Positions 10,289-22,102 of a stretch of DNA of 64,000 nt are shown here, in pieces. The stretch lies in assembly GCA_965237955.1 (NCBI GenBank), contig OZ250169.1:4320001-4384000 (forward strand). The letters are read 5' to 3'. This DNA is from Candidatus Marinacidobacterales bacterium (GTDB taxonomy: Bacteria > Acidobacteriota > Vicinamibacteria > Marinacidobacterales > SMYC01). The first letter of the stretch is position 1. Every line of letters starts with the position of its first letter. The position numbers were made by a program, and so were the translations under genes. Below the pieces are notes generated by a model. The model made no database searches. It was not told the origin of the DNA and worked only from the letters and a program-made list of their open reading frames with translations.

Positions 10289-11384
10289 ATGATCTCGACT
10301 ATCGAAGGACTGCTGGATCGTTACCAGGACCTCAAACGTCGCGCACATGACGTGCGAGGTTATCTTTGACGAGGCCGCGCTTCGAAAATCGCTTCAAGAG
10401 TTAGAAGGCAAGCTCGCAAACCCGGAGGTTTGGGCCGATCCAGCCAAAGGCGAAAAGCTCTCGCGCGAGCGCGGCCGTCTGCAAACGGACCTCGATCTCA
10501 TCCGCAAGCTGAACGACTGCGAGGAAGAAGTCTCGACGCTCGTCGACTGGGCCAAGGAGGGCGAGAGCGTCGGAGACGATCTCGTTTCCCACCTCGACAA
10601 GTGGCACGAGGAAGTCGAAGCGGCGGAGCTACAAAAGCTCCTCGGCGGAGAGCATGACAGAACCAATGCCATCGTTAGCATCCACCCGGGCGCCGGCGGC
10701 ACCGAGTCGCAGGATTGGGCAGAGATGCTCTTGCGCATGTACCTCCGGTGGGCCGAGAAGCACGAATTCGAGACCGAGATGATCGACTACCAGGAGGGTG
10801 AAGAGGCGGGGCTCAAGAGTGCCACGTTCACCGTGACCGGGCCGTACGCCTATGGCTATCTGAGCTCCGAAGTGGGCGTGCATCGTCTCGTCCGGATCTC
10901 TCCTTTCGATGCCGCGAAGAGGCGGCACACGTCGTTTGCTTCGGTGTTCGTCTTTCCCGAGATCGATCAAGACGTCGACGTCGAGATTGACGAGAAGGAC
11001 CTCCGCATCGACACCTACCGCTCGAGTGGCAAGGGTGGCCAGCACGTGAACGTTACCGATTCCGCGGTGCGGATCACGCACATCCCGACCGGCATCGTGA
11101 CCCAGTGCCAGAACGAGCGATCACAGCACCGCAACAAGGAGATGGCGATGCGCGTGCTGAGGGCGCGAATCTACGACCTGAGGCTCAAAGAACAGCAGGA
11201 AAAAGTTGATGCGATGCATGAAGTCAAGAAAGACATCGCCTGGGGGAATCAGATTCGCTCGTACGTGTTCCAGCCCTACCGCATGGTCAAAGACCACCGC
11301 ACCAAAGTCGAAACGGGCGACGTCGACCGCGTCATGGACGGCGACCTGGACGCTTTGATTAAAGCCTTCCTGTTGGATCGCTGA
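10289..11384 (+). CDS. prfB: Peptide chain release factor 2 with programmed +1 frameshift at CTT-TGA-C (10364-10370)
   Basis: MISTIEG...RGYL then GAGGT-TAT-CTT-TGA-C slippery site; SPF and GGQ motifs in the +1 frame. Confidence 0.97.
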
Positions 11385-11502
11385 AGAAACTTATCTTCCT
11401 TAATACGGAAACCGGTTCCGCGGCTGCAAACACCTCTGCGAGCACTGGCTGCTGCTACACTAGTTCTCATTCCGCGGGGACAATTCAGCTCGATAACAAG
11501 CC

Positions 11503-14118
11503 ATGAATTTGGCCTTTGGGGTCTGTGTCGCTACCGTCGTCTGCTGGGCGGGGCTCGCGCTCCTCGTCGCACGCTTCCGGCCGCCCAGACCGGTGTGGCC
11601 CGCTCTGTTCTGGTTCAGCGTCACTGGTCTGCTCTGGTCCCTGGGTGAGTTAGGCACCGCGTTCGTCCGGTCCAGCGAGTCATTGGAACTGGCTTTTGGT
11701 GCTGTACACGGGCGTCCTGACCGGTCCGCCGACATGGTGGTCGGTCACGCTCCGGTTCGCACAACTGCGAGCACGAAGGCCCGAGTGGGCAACACCCTTC
11801 ATTGAGTTTGCTCCGCTCGCGATCGGCATCTTCTGCTGGCTCGTCCTCGTGACCAATCCACTTCACGGGGGGTTCATCGAACCGGTTTGGAACGGGCGCA
11901 ACGAATACCGCCTGCTTTGGTATGTTCAAGCGGTCTCGGGTTATCTGAGCCTTTTGGGCTCGTTCGCGCTCATCGCATGGTTGCGGATGGGGAAGGAGCA
12001 GCGCGCTTCGACGCGCACGCAGCTCGACATTCTCCTGCTCGCGCCGGTCTTGCCGATCGTCGCCAACTTTCTGTACGTGACTCGGATCTGGAACCCGAAT
12101 TTCGATCCGACCGTCGCCGCTTTCGGCGTCGGTCTCGCTCTTGTCTTCTTCGGCATGTTCAGGAACCGGTTGTATCAGCGGGCTCACTCTGGATCACCTC
12201 ACCCGCCATAAGAGCGACGGCGTGGCGGTGTTGGACAGCGATGGAAGACTCGTTCTCGCCAATCCCGCGGCAGCGCGTCTCGTCGGTGCCGACGCACTCA
12301 CGCCGGATTCGTTCTTCGTCGAGTTTCTCGCGGCGCGGCTCGGCGTCAACGGGAAAGACGCGCTCTCGATCTTGATGGCCGAAGACCAGCCCGAGCAAGG
12401 TCATCTGTTCCAAGTGTGCCGGACCGACGACCCGTGTCGGTGGATGCGCCTCCAATCCACTCCTATTCCCGGACGGTGGCCGTCACGCGGCGGCCTCGGG
12501 ATTCGGCTTCGAGACGAGACCAAGCTGCACGAAGCAACCGAGAGAGCGGCGCAGCAAGCCGCGAGCATCGAAGCCATTCTCGGCTCCATCCACGACGGTC
12601 TTTTCGTCGTCGATGCCTTGGGCCGACTCGTGTACGCGAACGACAGGTTCTGGCAGATGTGGGATCTCTCCCGCGTCGTTCCCGCCGGGATTGACGAGCG
12701 AGGTCTCGTGGATGAGCTCGTAACGCGCGTCGATGCAAAAGACGCCGAGCGCGTGCGCGCGTTGGCGCGCGACACCAAAACCATGGCCGAAGGCGTCGAC
12801 CTCGAGCTCAAATCGGGCGGTGTGTTGACGTTGGCAACCGCTCCGCTCATCCGAAGCCAGCAGGTCGTTGGGCGGGTTTGGACTTTCCGAGACGTCACCG
12901 AGCGCGCGAAGACAGAGCACGAGCGCCGCCAAATGGAAGAGCGCATGCGCGAGAGCCAGAAGCTCGAGAGCCTGGGGGTTCTCGCGGGCGGCATCGCCCA
13001 CGATTTCAACAACATTCTCGTCGGTATTCTCGGAAACGTCGACCTCGCGATGACGGGCCTCGACCGAGGCGCATCCGCGAACCGTCACCTCACCCGCGTC
13101 CGGAAATCGGCTGACCGCGCCGCCGAGCTCGTCCAGCAACTGTTGGCCTACGCCGGTCGCGGACAAGTCCCGTCGGTTACGGTGGACCTTTCGCGACTCG
13201 TTCGAGAAACCAGGGAGCTCCTGAGAAGCGCACTCTCGAAAAAGGCAGAGCTCAAAGTCGACTTGGTGTCCGATCTTTTCGTCGAAGGCGATCCGGTGCA
13301 GCTCGGCCAGATCGTGATGAACATTCTCACCAACGCTTCGGACGCCCTCGGAGACGAAGCCGGTGTCATCCGTATCGAGACTGGCGTTCGCCGCGTAACC
13401 GATGCTCTGGTGACGGACGCGCTTCCACAGCAACAGGTGGAAGAGGATGACTACGCCTTCCTCGAAATCTCGGACACCGGTTGCGGCATGGATGCCGATA
13501 CGATCGGGCGTATCTTCGAGCCATTTTTCAGCACCAAGTTCACTGGACGAGGACTCGGTCTGTCGGCGGCGCTCGGGATCGTTCGACGGCATCACGGGTT
13601 CATCAAAGTCCGCAGCGCGCCGGCAGAGGGCACGACGTTCTTGCTACTGTTGCCCCTCGTCACTGTCAGAGTGAGCGTCGGGGCCCAGCCTTCGAAGACG
13701 AGGTCTCCACGGGCGCCGCTGCCGCTGCCGCAGCCGTGCGGGACGATCCTCGTGGTCGATGACGAAGAGCCGGTCCGCGCGCTCGGTGCTCGAGCTCGAA
13801 GGGTTTCGCGTGCTCGTGGCGGAAGACGGCCATGATGGCCTGCGCCGCTTCCGTGCGCACGTTTCCGAGGTTGGAGCGATCCTGCTCGATATTACCATGC
13901 CGCGGATGGACGGCGTGGAAGCGCTCTTCGCCATCCGCCAGATCTCGCGCGAGGTACCGGTGATCCTGTCGAGCGGCTACAGCGAGAAGGACACGATGGT
14001 CCGGTGCGCGGGACTGTCGGGAACGAGCTTTATCCAAAAGCCGTACACCGCCCAGGCGCTGGTCGCGAAGGTGCGTGACGCATTGGTGGCCGTCGTCGCC
14101 GAGCCTGCCCGCGACTAG
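11503..14118 (+). pseudogene. Hybrid sensor histidine kinase (7TM, PAS, HisKA, HATPase, REC) broken by about 3 frameshifts
   Basis: Consecutive ORFs 11503, 11696, 12141, 13759; SQKLESLGVLAGGIAHDFNN, FSTKFTGRGLGL, ILLDITMPRMDG; real decay versus assembly error not resolvable. Confidence 0.82.
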
Positions 14119-14291
14119 CGCGGGCCGCCCTTCGGTTCGATTCCTCGGACCAACTTGTTACCACTCGCTCGGTCCCGACGGTGGCTCGGGCGCACACGTG
14201 TGCGCGGAGGATGTGAGCGCGGGAGCGTCAGATCGAGAGCCATCTCTGGGGGGGACCGCCCGGTGGGGGATCTGCTATAACTAACTGTTCA

Positions 14292-17004
14292 ATGACTCTC
14301 GAATCCGGCAGTCGGTTAGCGAATTACGCGATCGTCGAGCTCATCGGTAGGGGTGGTATGGGCGAGGTATACCGCGCCCGCGACGAGAGGCTCGGGCGCG
14401 ACGTCGCTATCAAGGTCCTGCCCGAAGAGTTTGCGAGCGACAAAGAACGACTCGCCCGGTTCGAGCGCGAGGCGAAGCTGCTGGCTTCGGTCAACCATCC
14501 CGGCATCGCGACGCTGCATGGTCTCGAAGAATCCGACGGCACGCAGTTTCTCGTTATGGAGATGGTGGAAGGGGAGACGCTCGCCGAGCGGATCGCCCGA
14601 GGACCGGTAGCTATCCAAGAAGCCATCCCGCTGTTCATCCAGATTGCCGAAGCCCTCGAAGCGGCGCACGAGAGGGCAGTCATCCACCGCGATCTGAAGC
14701 CGGCGAACATCAAGATCACGCCGGACGACCGCATCAAAATCCTCGACTTCGGTCTCGCGAAAGCGTGGCGAAGCGAAGCCTCCGCCGCCACTAGTTCGCA
14801 GTCGCCGACGCTGACCCGAGGAACTGCTGCCGGCGAAATCATGGGCACCGCCGCCTATATGAGCCCGGAGCAGGCGCGCGGTAAACCCATCGACAAGCGA
14901 ACCGATCTGTGGGCGTTCGGTGTCGTCGTCTACGAGACGCTAACCGGCAAGCGCGCGTTCAAGGGTGAGAACGTCACGGTGACGCTGGCCTCTCACGGTT
15001 CTCGTCGACGAACGACATCACCTCGGTCGGCGGGACGCCTTGCCGGCGGACACGCCGCCGTCACTGCGCCGACTGTTGCGTCGCACGCTGCAACGAGATC
15101 GCCGTGAACGCCTTGCCGATGCGGCAGACGCCCGCATTGAGCTAAAAGACGCGGCCGTGTCCGAGGACGCGAGCCATGCCACCCCGGAAACTGCGGCGAC
15201 GGGTTGGCCGAAGCTTTTAGCCGCTGCTGCCCTCGCTGCCATTGTTTCCGGCCTCGCGGTTTGGAGTAGCACTCGCACGAAGTCGCCTCCGGTTGCTCGG
15301 CTCATGATCTCTCCTCCACCTTCCGAGCCGATCCTGCTCGATCCGAGACGCTCGAGCCTTGCGATCACGCCCGACGGTACGATGTTCGTCTACCGCACCA
15401 ACGTTGACGGAGACCAGCAGCTCCGGCTCCGCCCTCTCGACGGCACCACGACAACCGTCCTCACGAGCTCGGAGAGTCTTTCCCTGAATTCGCCGTTCGT
15501 TTCTCCTGATGGCGACTGGGTTGGATTCGTCCATGGCCACGAGCTGAAGAAAGTCTCCATCCGCGGGGGCGCCCCGACGCCGATCTGCGCGATTCCGGGG
15601 GGAGTTGGGTTGGGTTTCAGCGGAGGCCTCCACGGCGCCAGTTGGGGAGACGACGGCTCGATCGTATTTGCCCTCGGTGGAGCTAGCCTAGGAAGCGGAC
15701 TGTTCCGCGTCTCTGCGCGTGGGGGTGAACCGGAAGCGTTGACCGAGCCTGAAGGGCTCGCTCACCACTGGCCGGAGATCCTGCCGGGCAGCCGCGCCGT
15801 GTTGTTCACGATTCGGCAAGGAGTTGATGCGCGCAATTGGAAGATAGCGGTGCGCTCGCTCGAAACCGAGCGAGAGGAAGTTCTCGTCCTCATCAATGGT
15901 GGGACCTTTCCCCGGGATTCCCCTACGGGCCATATCGTCTACAGCTTGTCGGGCCAGTTGCAGGCGGTCCCTTTCGATGCGAACCGTCTGGAGGTGACGG
16001 GTGATCCGGTAGCTCTGTCCCAAAGTGTATTGGAAACCGGTAGCGGCGCTGCCAACTTTGCACTGTCGAACAACGGAGTTCTCGCATCCTTGCCTGCAAC
16101 GCGGGGCGGTACATTCGAGAACCGGCTGGCTTGGGTGGATCGGCAGGGCGAAGCGACACACTTGCCCTATCGCTCGGAGTTTTACGTTGATGTCGCTCTC
16201 TCACCTGACGGTGAGCAGATGGCTGTCGATCTAGCCTCGACGACCGCTGACGCCGTCCGTGATACTTGGATCTACGATGTGGAGAGAGGCGCTCGTACGC
16301 GACTGACTCTGGAGGGAGGCGCGCATCCCGTGTGGACGCCGGATGGGAAACGGGTCGCGTTCTCGATAGTTAGCGTTGGCCTCTTTTGGCGACCCGCGGA
16401 CGGTAGTCGCGAAGCCGAGTCGTTGCTGATGGACGAACGGGTGTGGATGGGCAACTCGTGGTCACCGGATGGATCTCTCCTCGCGTTCACGAGCAGGGCG
16501 TCGGAAACTGGAGCCGACATCTGGGTGCTGTCTCTCGACGAGGGGCCCTCGCCGTTCTTGGCGACGCCGGCTCACGAAGATGGGCCGATGTTCTCTCCCG
16601 ACGGTCGTTTCCTAGCCTATGTTTCGGACGAATCGGGTATCGAAGAAGTCTATGTTCAGCCCTATCCAGGTCCCGGTGGTAAGGTCGCGATCTCCATCGG
16701 TGGAGGACGCGCGCCGGTGTGGTCACCGGATGGAGCCGAGATCTTCTATCGCGGCTTGAACCAGGCTCAGATGATGGCCGTGGCTGTGGCAACCGATCCA
16801 ACGCTCGAAGCTGGGCGACCACAAGCTCTTTTCGATGAGCTGTACCGTGCCATGGGACCAGGCGACCCGCACTACGACATTTCTCGGAACGGGAAACGAT
16901 TCTTGATGATCGACGAAAGGGTGGCGGAGAGTGGCATGCCAACCCAAATCATGGTCACCCTCAACTGGCACGAAGAGCTGCTTAGGCTGGTTCCGGTGAA
17001 TTGA
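14292..17004 (+). pseudogene. Hanks-type Ser/Thr kinase fused to a TolB/PD40 beta-propeller, frameshifted near 14990-15040
   Basis: GRGGMGEVY, VAIKVL, HRDLKPAN, DFGLAK, YMSPEQ; then TM and SPDG repeats in ORF 15040..17004. Confidence 0.88.
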
Positions 17005-17049
17005 GTGGGGATGTGATGGACGCAGCTCGCGAAAGAACATGAAAAACAT

Positions 17050-17250
17050 TTCCGGTTAAGGCAGACTGGTGCGGTCCGGAGCGGTGAGATCGACGAACCA
17101 GTGGGGCCGTTGAGACCGTTCAACTGGCTGATCCGGCGTGTGCGTTGGTAGAGCGAATAAGTAGGCGTCGCCGTGAGCGCTTTGTCCACGGTGCGAGCCT
17201 GAGATCCTGATTAATGAAGTTGATTAGCACGCGCTCCGCTGCGGCGATGA
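17050..17250 (+). ncRNA. Candidate IS110 bridge RNA
   Basis: Non-coding left end of IS110 with several stem-loops (CCAGT..GTTGA-GACCGT-TCAAC/ACTGG; CTGATTAA-TGAAG-TTGATTAG); position fits IS110-group bridge RNAs. Confidence 0.55.
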
Positions 17251-17259
17251 GGAGGAGCG

Positions 17260-18537
17260 ATGCCAAACCGGATTGCTGGGATAGACGTTCACAAGAAGAT
17301 GCTGGCGGTGGTGGTCGCCGACATCGCAGTAGAGGGCGAGTATAAGTTTTCGCGCCGGCGTGTGGGCACGAGACCGAGTGAGCTTCGGGCTCTGGCGGAG
17401 TGGCTGGTGGCCGAGGGGGTCGATGAAGTAGTGATGGAATCGACCGCGCAATATTGGCGCCCGGTGTGGGAGGCGTTGGAGCGGTCCTGGGCTCCGCAGT
17501 GCCGAGCTCGGCCGGGCGCGGGTGCGCAGTCGGGCAACTTGCATCTGGCGCAAGCAAAGTCGAATCGCGGCGCGCGGGGTCGGAAGCGGGATTTTCCGGA
17601 TGCCGAACGATTGGTGAAGCGTTTGGTGGCGCAGGAGCTGACTCTAAGCTTCGTTCCCGAGCCGGAGCAGCGCCTGTGGCGAACGGTGATGCGCCGCAAG
17701 TACCAGTTCACGCGTAACCGGGTTCAGCTCCAAAACCGCCTAGAGTCGTTGCTGGAGGAAGCGCATCTGAAGTTGTCGAGCCTGGTGTCGGATCTTCTGG
17801 GGCTGAGTGCGCGGCGGATGTTGCAAGCCTTGGCGGACGGGGAAACGGAGCCGGCCCGCTTGGCGGAGTTGGCCGACCGTCGATTGCGTGCCACGCCCGA
17901 GCAGTTGTGCGATGCGCTCGGCGCGTGTGCCGATCTCAACCCCGTCTATCGGAAGCTCGTGCAAATGACGCTCAAGGAATTACGATTGCTCGAAGAGCAG
18001 AGCGCGCAACTCGATGAAGAGATGGCGCATCTGCTCGGCGAGCATCAAGCAGCTGTGCAACGACTCGCTGAAGTGCCTGGGCTCGGCGTGGATTCGGCGC
18101 AGCAGATCATCGCGGAAGTCGGGGCGAGCGCCGAGACGTTTCCGTCGGCCAAGCACCTCGCGTCCTGGGTGGGCGTGTGCCCCGGAGAGCACGAAAGCGC
18201 CGGCAAAAGCTACAGCCATCGCTCGCCCAAAGGCAGTCGGCCGATGCGCCGCCTCCTCAATCAAGCCGCCAACGCGGCCGTCAAGACCAAAGGGAGTTTC
18301 TTCCAGCTCGTGTACCGGCGCTTGGTTCCACGCCTGGGGCACGCGCAAGCCATCTGGGCCGTTGCCCATCGGTTGTGTCGTTTAATCTGGAAGATTCTCC
18401 ACCAGGGCGTTGACTATGAGGAACGTGGCCCCAACGTTAGCCGCGCGCGCTCCAAACGACGCATTGCCAATATGATCCGCGACCTGCGCAAACTCGGATA
18501 TCACATCGAGCCTTCTCTACGGGGAGATCCAGCATGA
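17260..18537 (+). CDS. IS110 family transposase/recombinase
   Basis: GIDVHKK, VMEST, KRDFPDA (DEDD RuvC-like), VPGLG, ESAGK catalytic Ser; GAGGAGG RBS. Confidence 0.96.
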   Translation: MPNRIAGIDVHKKMLAVVVADIAVEGEYKFSRRRVGTRPSELRALAEWLVAEGVDEVVMESTAQYWRPVWEALERSWAPQCRARPGAGAQSGNLHLAQAKSNRGARGRKRDFPDAERLVKRLVAQELTLSFVPEPEQRLWRTVMRRKYQFTRNRVQLQNRLESLLEEAHLKLSSLVSDLLGLSARRMLQALADGETEPARLAELADRRLRATPEQLCDALGACADLNPVYRKLVQMTLKELRLLEEQSAQLDEEMAHLLGEHQAAVQRLAEVPGLGVDSAQQIIAEVGASAETFPSAKHLASWVGVCPGEHESAGKSYSHRSPKGSRPMRRLLNQAANAAVKTKGSFFQLVYRRLVPRLGHAQAIWAVAHRLCRLIWKILHQGVDYEERGPNVSRARSKRRIANMIRDLRKLGYHIEPSLRGDPA

Positions 18538-18588
18538 CGATAGATGTTTTTCGATCCTGGTTCCAAGAGCTCGAGCGGCTCGTGCCGA

Positions 18589-20361
18589 CTAAATGATGAG
18601 GCGCACCCCACCGAGCTCGGCAAGTCCGTACAGGAAGTGATCCCCCGGTGAGGCGATGAACATGAAGTTCGTCGGAATTTTCCACTCTTTCGAGAGCTTC
18701 TTGACGAGCTTGGGGCCGAACTCGCCTTTGTAGATGACGAACTCGATGTCGATCTCGGGATAGGCCTCGTCCAGAAACTGGAGATCTTTCTTCAAGCGCG
18801 GTGGCACCTCTTTCTCGTCTTGCACCACCGTCACCACTTTGATGCGGTTGGTGTGCTCGTTGTTGCGGACGTAGAGCATCGCCTCGTTCAAGTTGCCGAT
18901 ACTGTCGCCGCGGGTGAAGAAGACCACCTGTTGCGAGTTGATCTCGTCGATCTTGTCGTGGATCGCCTTGTACACCGCCCCGGTCACTTTCGAGATGCTC
19001 TGAGTTGTCTGACGGATGAAGTAGAGGCTGACTTTTAGAATCCAAATGCGTCCAAGCATGATGAACGCGACGAGTACCGTCGGGACGAAATACACCATGA
19101 ACACCCAGAAGTACTCAGGATGGAGGACGTAGTTACCTATTAGGCCCAGGAACACGGCGGCGATGCCGAGGAGCACCGCCGGCCACGGCGCGGTCGACGG
19201 ACGCGGAAGCCGCGCGCGCTTCACCTTCAACAAGACGTTGCCGATCCCGTAGAGCGCCATCACCGCGAGGAACGAGATCGTGTAGACGCCCGCGAGGGCT
19301 GCGATGTCGCCCGAGGTGATGACGTGGACGGACACGGCCAACAGAAAAAAGCCGATGATGATCCGGTGCGTCGTTCCCCGGCGGTTGGTTTTGAGCAGAA
19401 ACTGCGGCAACACGCGGTCGAGCGTCATCCGTCTCATCAGTCCGTTGACGCCCACGAACGAAGTCAACACTGCACCGCTCAACACTAGAGTGGCGTCGAT
19501 GGAGATGAAATAGGCGAGCCAGTCCCCGCCGGCAATGCCGCCCATGTGCGCGAGTAAATCCTCGCGGTGGTTGTCGACTTCGGGGATGGGGACGATGGCG
19601 AGTGCCAGAAGCGCAATCGCGGGGTTGAAGACGCTCACCGCGGCCCACATGTTCCGGAGCGTTTTCGGGAACACCCCCTGTGCTTGCTCCTCGACGAAAT
19701 TTGACGAGCTCTCGAACCCGGAGATGCCGAGCATGCCCGCGGCGAACCCGAGGAACAGCGCTTCGGGAATACTCAGATCCGATGGTGCGTTCCAGTTGAG
19801 ATTGAACGTCTCGAGCCCGTTCCGGAATAGGTAAATCAAGATCACGATGAGAAGGAGCGTAAGGCTCGCCAGGTGAAGCAGGAAGATCCCGACAGCGACA
19901 CGAGACGATTCCTGGATACCGATGATCGTCAATGTCATGAAGATGCCGAGTAGAACAATGGTCGCGATGAAGACGTCGAGGCCGGCCCAGAGCGTATGCG
20001 CGTAGTGCATCGACACGCCTGCCGAAATGACGGCGGTCGCCATGTACGAGAGGATGGTGAGACACGCGGCGATCGAAGCCCAGCGTTTGCTCGTCGTATT
20101 GAGAAGCGCATTGTAAGCGCCGCCGTTGAACGGGAGCGCGCCCACGACTTCGGCATAGATGCCACGGAACAAGAAGAGCACCGCCGCGACGAGCGCGAGC
20201 GACACCGCCGCCCATTTGCCGCCCGCGATGATCGCGAGCGCGGAGACGTAGAGAACCGACGATGTGATGTCGTTGCCGCAGATCGCGGTGGCGGGCAGCT
20301 CTTTCAAGCCGCCGTATTTGTGTGCCGTGCTGCTCTTTCTCTGGGAGTTGCCGCTAGCCAT
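18589..20361 (-). CDS. APC family amino acid permease with soluble C-terminal domain
   Basis: ATAICGNDITSSVLY, NGGAYNAL, GISGFESSSNFVEEQ, about 12 TM. Confidence 0.9.
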   Translation of the reverse strand: MASGNSQRKSSTAHKYGGLKELPATAICGNDITSSVLYVSALAIIAGGKWAAVSLALVAAVLFLFRGIYAEVVGALPFNGGAYNALLNTTSKRWASIAACLTILSYMATAVISAGVSMHYAHTLWAGLDVFIATIVLLGIFMTLTIIGIQESSRVAVGIFLLHLASLTLLLIVILIYLFRNGLETFNLNWNAPSDLSIPEALFLGFAAGMLGISGFESSSNFVEEQAQGVFPKTLRNMWAAVSVFNPAIALLALAIVPIPEVDNHREDLLAHMGGIAGGDWLAYFISIDATLVLSGAVLTSFVGVNGLMRRMTLDRVLPQFLLKTNRRGTTHRIIIGFFLLAVSVHVITSGDIAALAGVYTISFLAVMALYGIGNVLLKVKRARLPRPSTAPWPAVLLGIAAVFLGLIGNYVLHPEYFWVFMVYFVPTVLVAFIMLGRIWILKVSLYFIRQTTQSISKVTGAVYKAIHDKIDEINSQQVVFFTRGDSIGNLNEAMLYVRNNEHTNRIKVVTVVQDEKEVPPRLKKDLQFLDEAYPEIDIEFVIYKGEFGPKLVKKLSKEWKIPTNFMFIASPGDHFLYGLAELGGVRLII

Positions 20362-20487
20362 GGAGGTCGGTTCGCATGTGCCTGGAGGTCATTCGGGTGA
20401 GAAGGTGTTTTCGAGTGGAATCAGACGAACAGATCATGGTAATCCTCTCATTACCGCAACGCAACCAATCCGAGAGGAGAGCCTTCT

Positions 20488-20880
20488 ATGCTCAATGCGA
20501 CCGCGCCGATACATCAGTTCATGACACGATCGCTGCCGACGGTGACGCCGGAAACCGCGCTCTCGGAGGCGCGGGAGTTGATGGAGGAGAATCGCCTCCG
20601 TTATTTGCCGGTCGTTAGCCGCGGGCGTGTCGTGGGTATTCTCCGCGCGCGTTCCCAGGCGGTTGTTGACGATTTTGGGGTTTTCACCGTCGATGAGGTC
20701 CAAGGCGCGATGATGGCAGGCCCGGCGTGCGTGCCGTCGAGCTGCCGTCTTCGCGACGTCGTTCACACGATGGCCCATGAGGCTATTGCCGTGGTGCTGA
20801 TCGTCGACGGGGCCGAGCTGAAGGGGATGTTCACCGATGTCGACGCGGTGAAGCTCCTGGCGATGGTGCTTTCAGAGTAA
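20488..20880 (+). CDS. CBS domain pair protein
   Basis: MTRSLPTVTPET..ARELMEENRLRYLPVV..VVGI; second CBS domain GMFTDVD; GAGGAG RBS. Confidence 0.88.
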   Translation: MLNATAPIHQFMTRSLPTVTPETALSEARELMEENRLRYLPVVSRGRVVGILRARSQAVVDDFGVFTVDEVQGAMMAGPACVPSSCRLRDVVHTMAHEAIAVVLIVDGAELKGMFTDVDAVKLLAMVLSE

Positions 20881-20980
20881 CCTCTTCGTTTTGGGTTGTG
20901 CCTCGCGGGGAGGTCGCCTTCTTCGGCCTCGAAGTCGGAAGCGCCTTCGGGGAACGCCACCCCAACCCTAGGAGAGAGTT

Positions 20981-22084
20981 TCACGGAGGCTCGCTCGGGC
21001 ACTTCGAGCCGGGTGAGGGGGGCTTCCGCGCGAGCTCGATTTGGCCCGCGAGAAAATCCTTCATCGTCGTTCCTGCGGCTTCGAGCTGTTGCGGGATGAA
21101 CGATGCGGCCGTGAGACCAGGAAGCGTGTTGATCTCGAGAAACACGGGACCGTTCTCGTTCTCGGTTTCCTCAATGATGATGTCGGTCCGTGAATAACCG
21201 GCGCAACCCACGGCCTGGTGCGCGGTCATGGCGACGTGTTGCGCGGCCGCGGCAACCTCGTCGGATACGGGCGCCGGCGTGAGCTCGACCGTACCTTTCC
21301 CGAGATATTTGCCTTCATAGTCGAACGAGCAGCCCTGGTCGAGCTTCACCTCGGAGCAGGGAAGAGGTGTTCGCTCATCCTCGTCCCCATGCTCGACAAC
21401 ACCGACGGTAAGCTCGCGACCCATGATGAACGCTTCCGCCAGATGGGCAACGCCGCCGCCTTGTCGGATGGCGATGATCGCCGCATCGAGCTCGCGCTCG
21501 TTCTCGACGATACGAACCCCGTGACTTGAGCCATCCGCGACGGGCTTGACGACGACTTTGCCGTGCGTTTCGAAGAGCGCCGCAAGCTTTTCATGTGTTG
21601 CGGCATCGGCATCTACGATGCACGCGTCGGCCACTCGGATGTCTCGCGCGGCAACAACATCACGCGCGCGGACTTTGTCGAACGCGAGTCGACTAGCTTG
21701 CGAGCCCGATCCGGTGAAGGCGTGGCCAAGGGATTCGAGCTCGCCCTGTATCGTACCGTTCTCACCGGAGCCGCCATGGAGCGCAAGAAAAAAAACGGAG
21801 CCACCAGCCGAGTCGTCCCGAAGTGCCTGCGAAATACCCGACCACTCGATCTTGGACGCCGGGCTGAAGTCGTTCTCGAAAGGTCGTTCGAAGGAGAGAA
21901 GTTCCTCGGAGCTCACTTCGAGCACCGGTCCGCCGATCGTCCAATACCAAAGGCGCGCGTCGCGTAGGTGTGTTGCGACGTTCTGCGCCGACGCAACCGA
22001 TACGCGATGTTCGTTCCCATCGCCCCCGAAGAGAACGATGACGCGGTCGATGGCCGCGGCCGTCGGCCATCGGCCATCAGCCAT
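20981..22084 (-). CDS. ddl: D-alanine--D-alanine ligase
   Basis: VLFGG..EHRVSVASA, ALHGGSGENG, VVKP..GSS, YEGKY, RTD, LEINTLPG; true start uncertain because the first codons lie in a heptamer repeat. Confidence 0.92.
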   Translation of the reverse strand: MADGRWPTAAAIDRVIVLFGGDGNEHRVSVASAQNVATHLRDARLWYWTIGGPVLEVSSEELLSFERPFENDFSPASKIEWSGISQALRDDSAGGSVFFLALHGGSGENGTIQGELESLGHAFTGSGSQASRLAFDKVRARDVVAARDIRVADACIVDADAATHEKLAALFETHGKVVVKPVADGSSHGVRIVENERELDAAIIAIRQGGGVAHLAEAFIMGRELTVGVVEHGDEDERTPLPCSEVKLDQGCSFDYEGKYLGKGTVELTPAPVSDEVAAAAQHVAMTAHQAVGCAGYSRTDIIIEETENENGPVFLEINTLPGLTAASFIPQQLEAAGTTMKDFLAGQIELARKPPSPGSKCPSEPP

Positions 22085-22102
22085 CCGCCGGCCTGTCGCG
22101 CA

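Larger units (their letters stand above)
17041..18552 (+). mobile_element. IS110-family insertion sequence (exact termini not resolved)
   Basis: DEDD recombinase ORF, about 220-nt upstream non-coding region, subterminal inverted repeat GAAAAACAT (17041-17049) / ATGTTTTTC (18544-18552). Confidence 0.85.
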
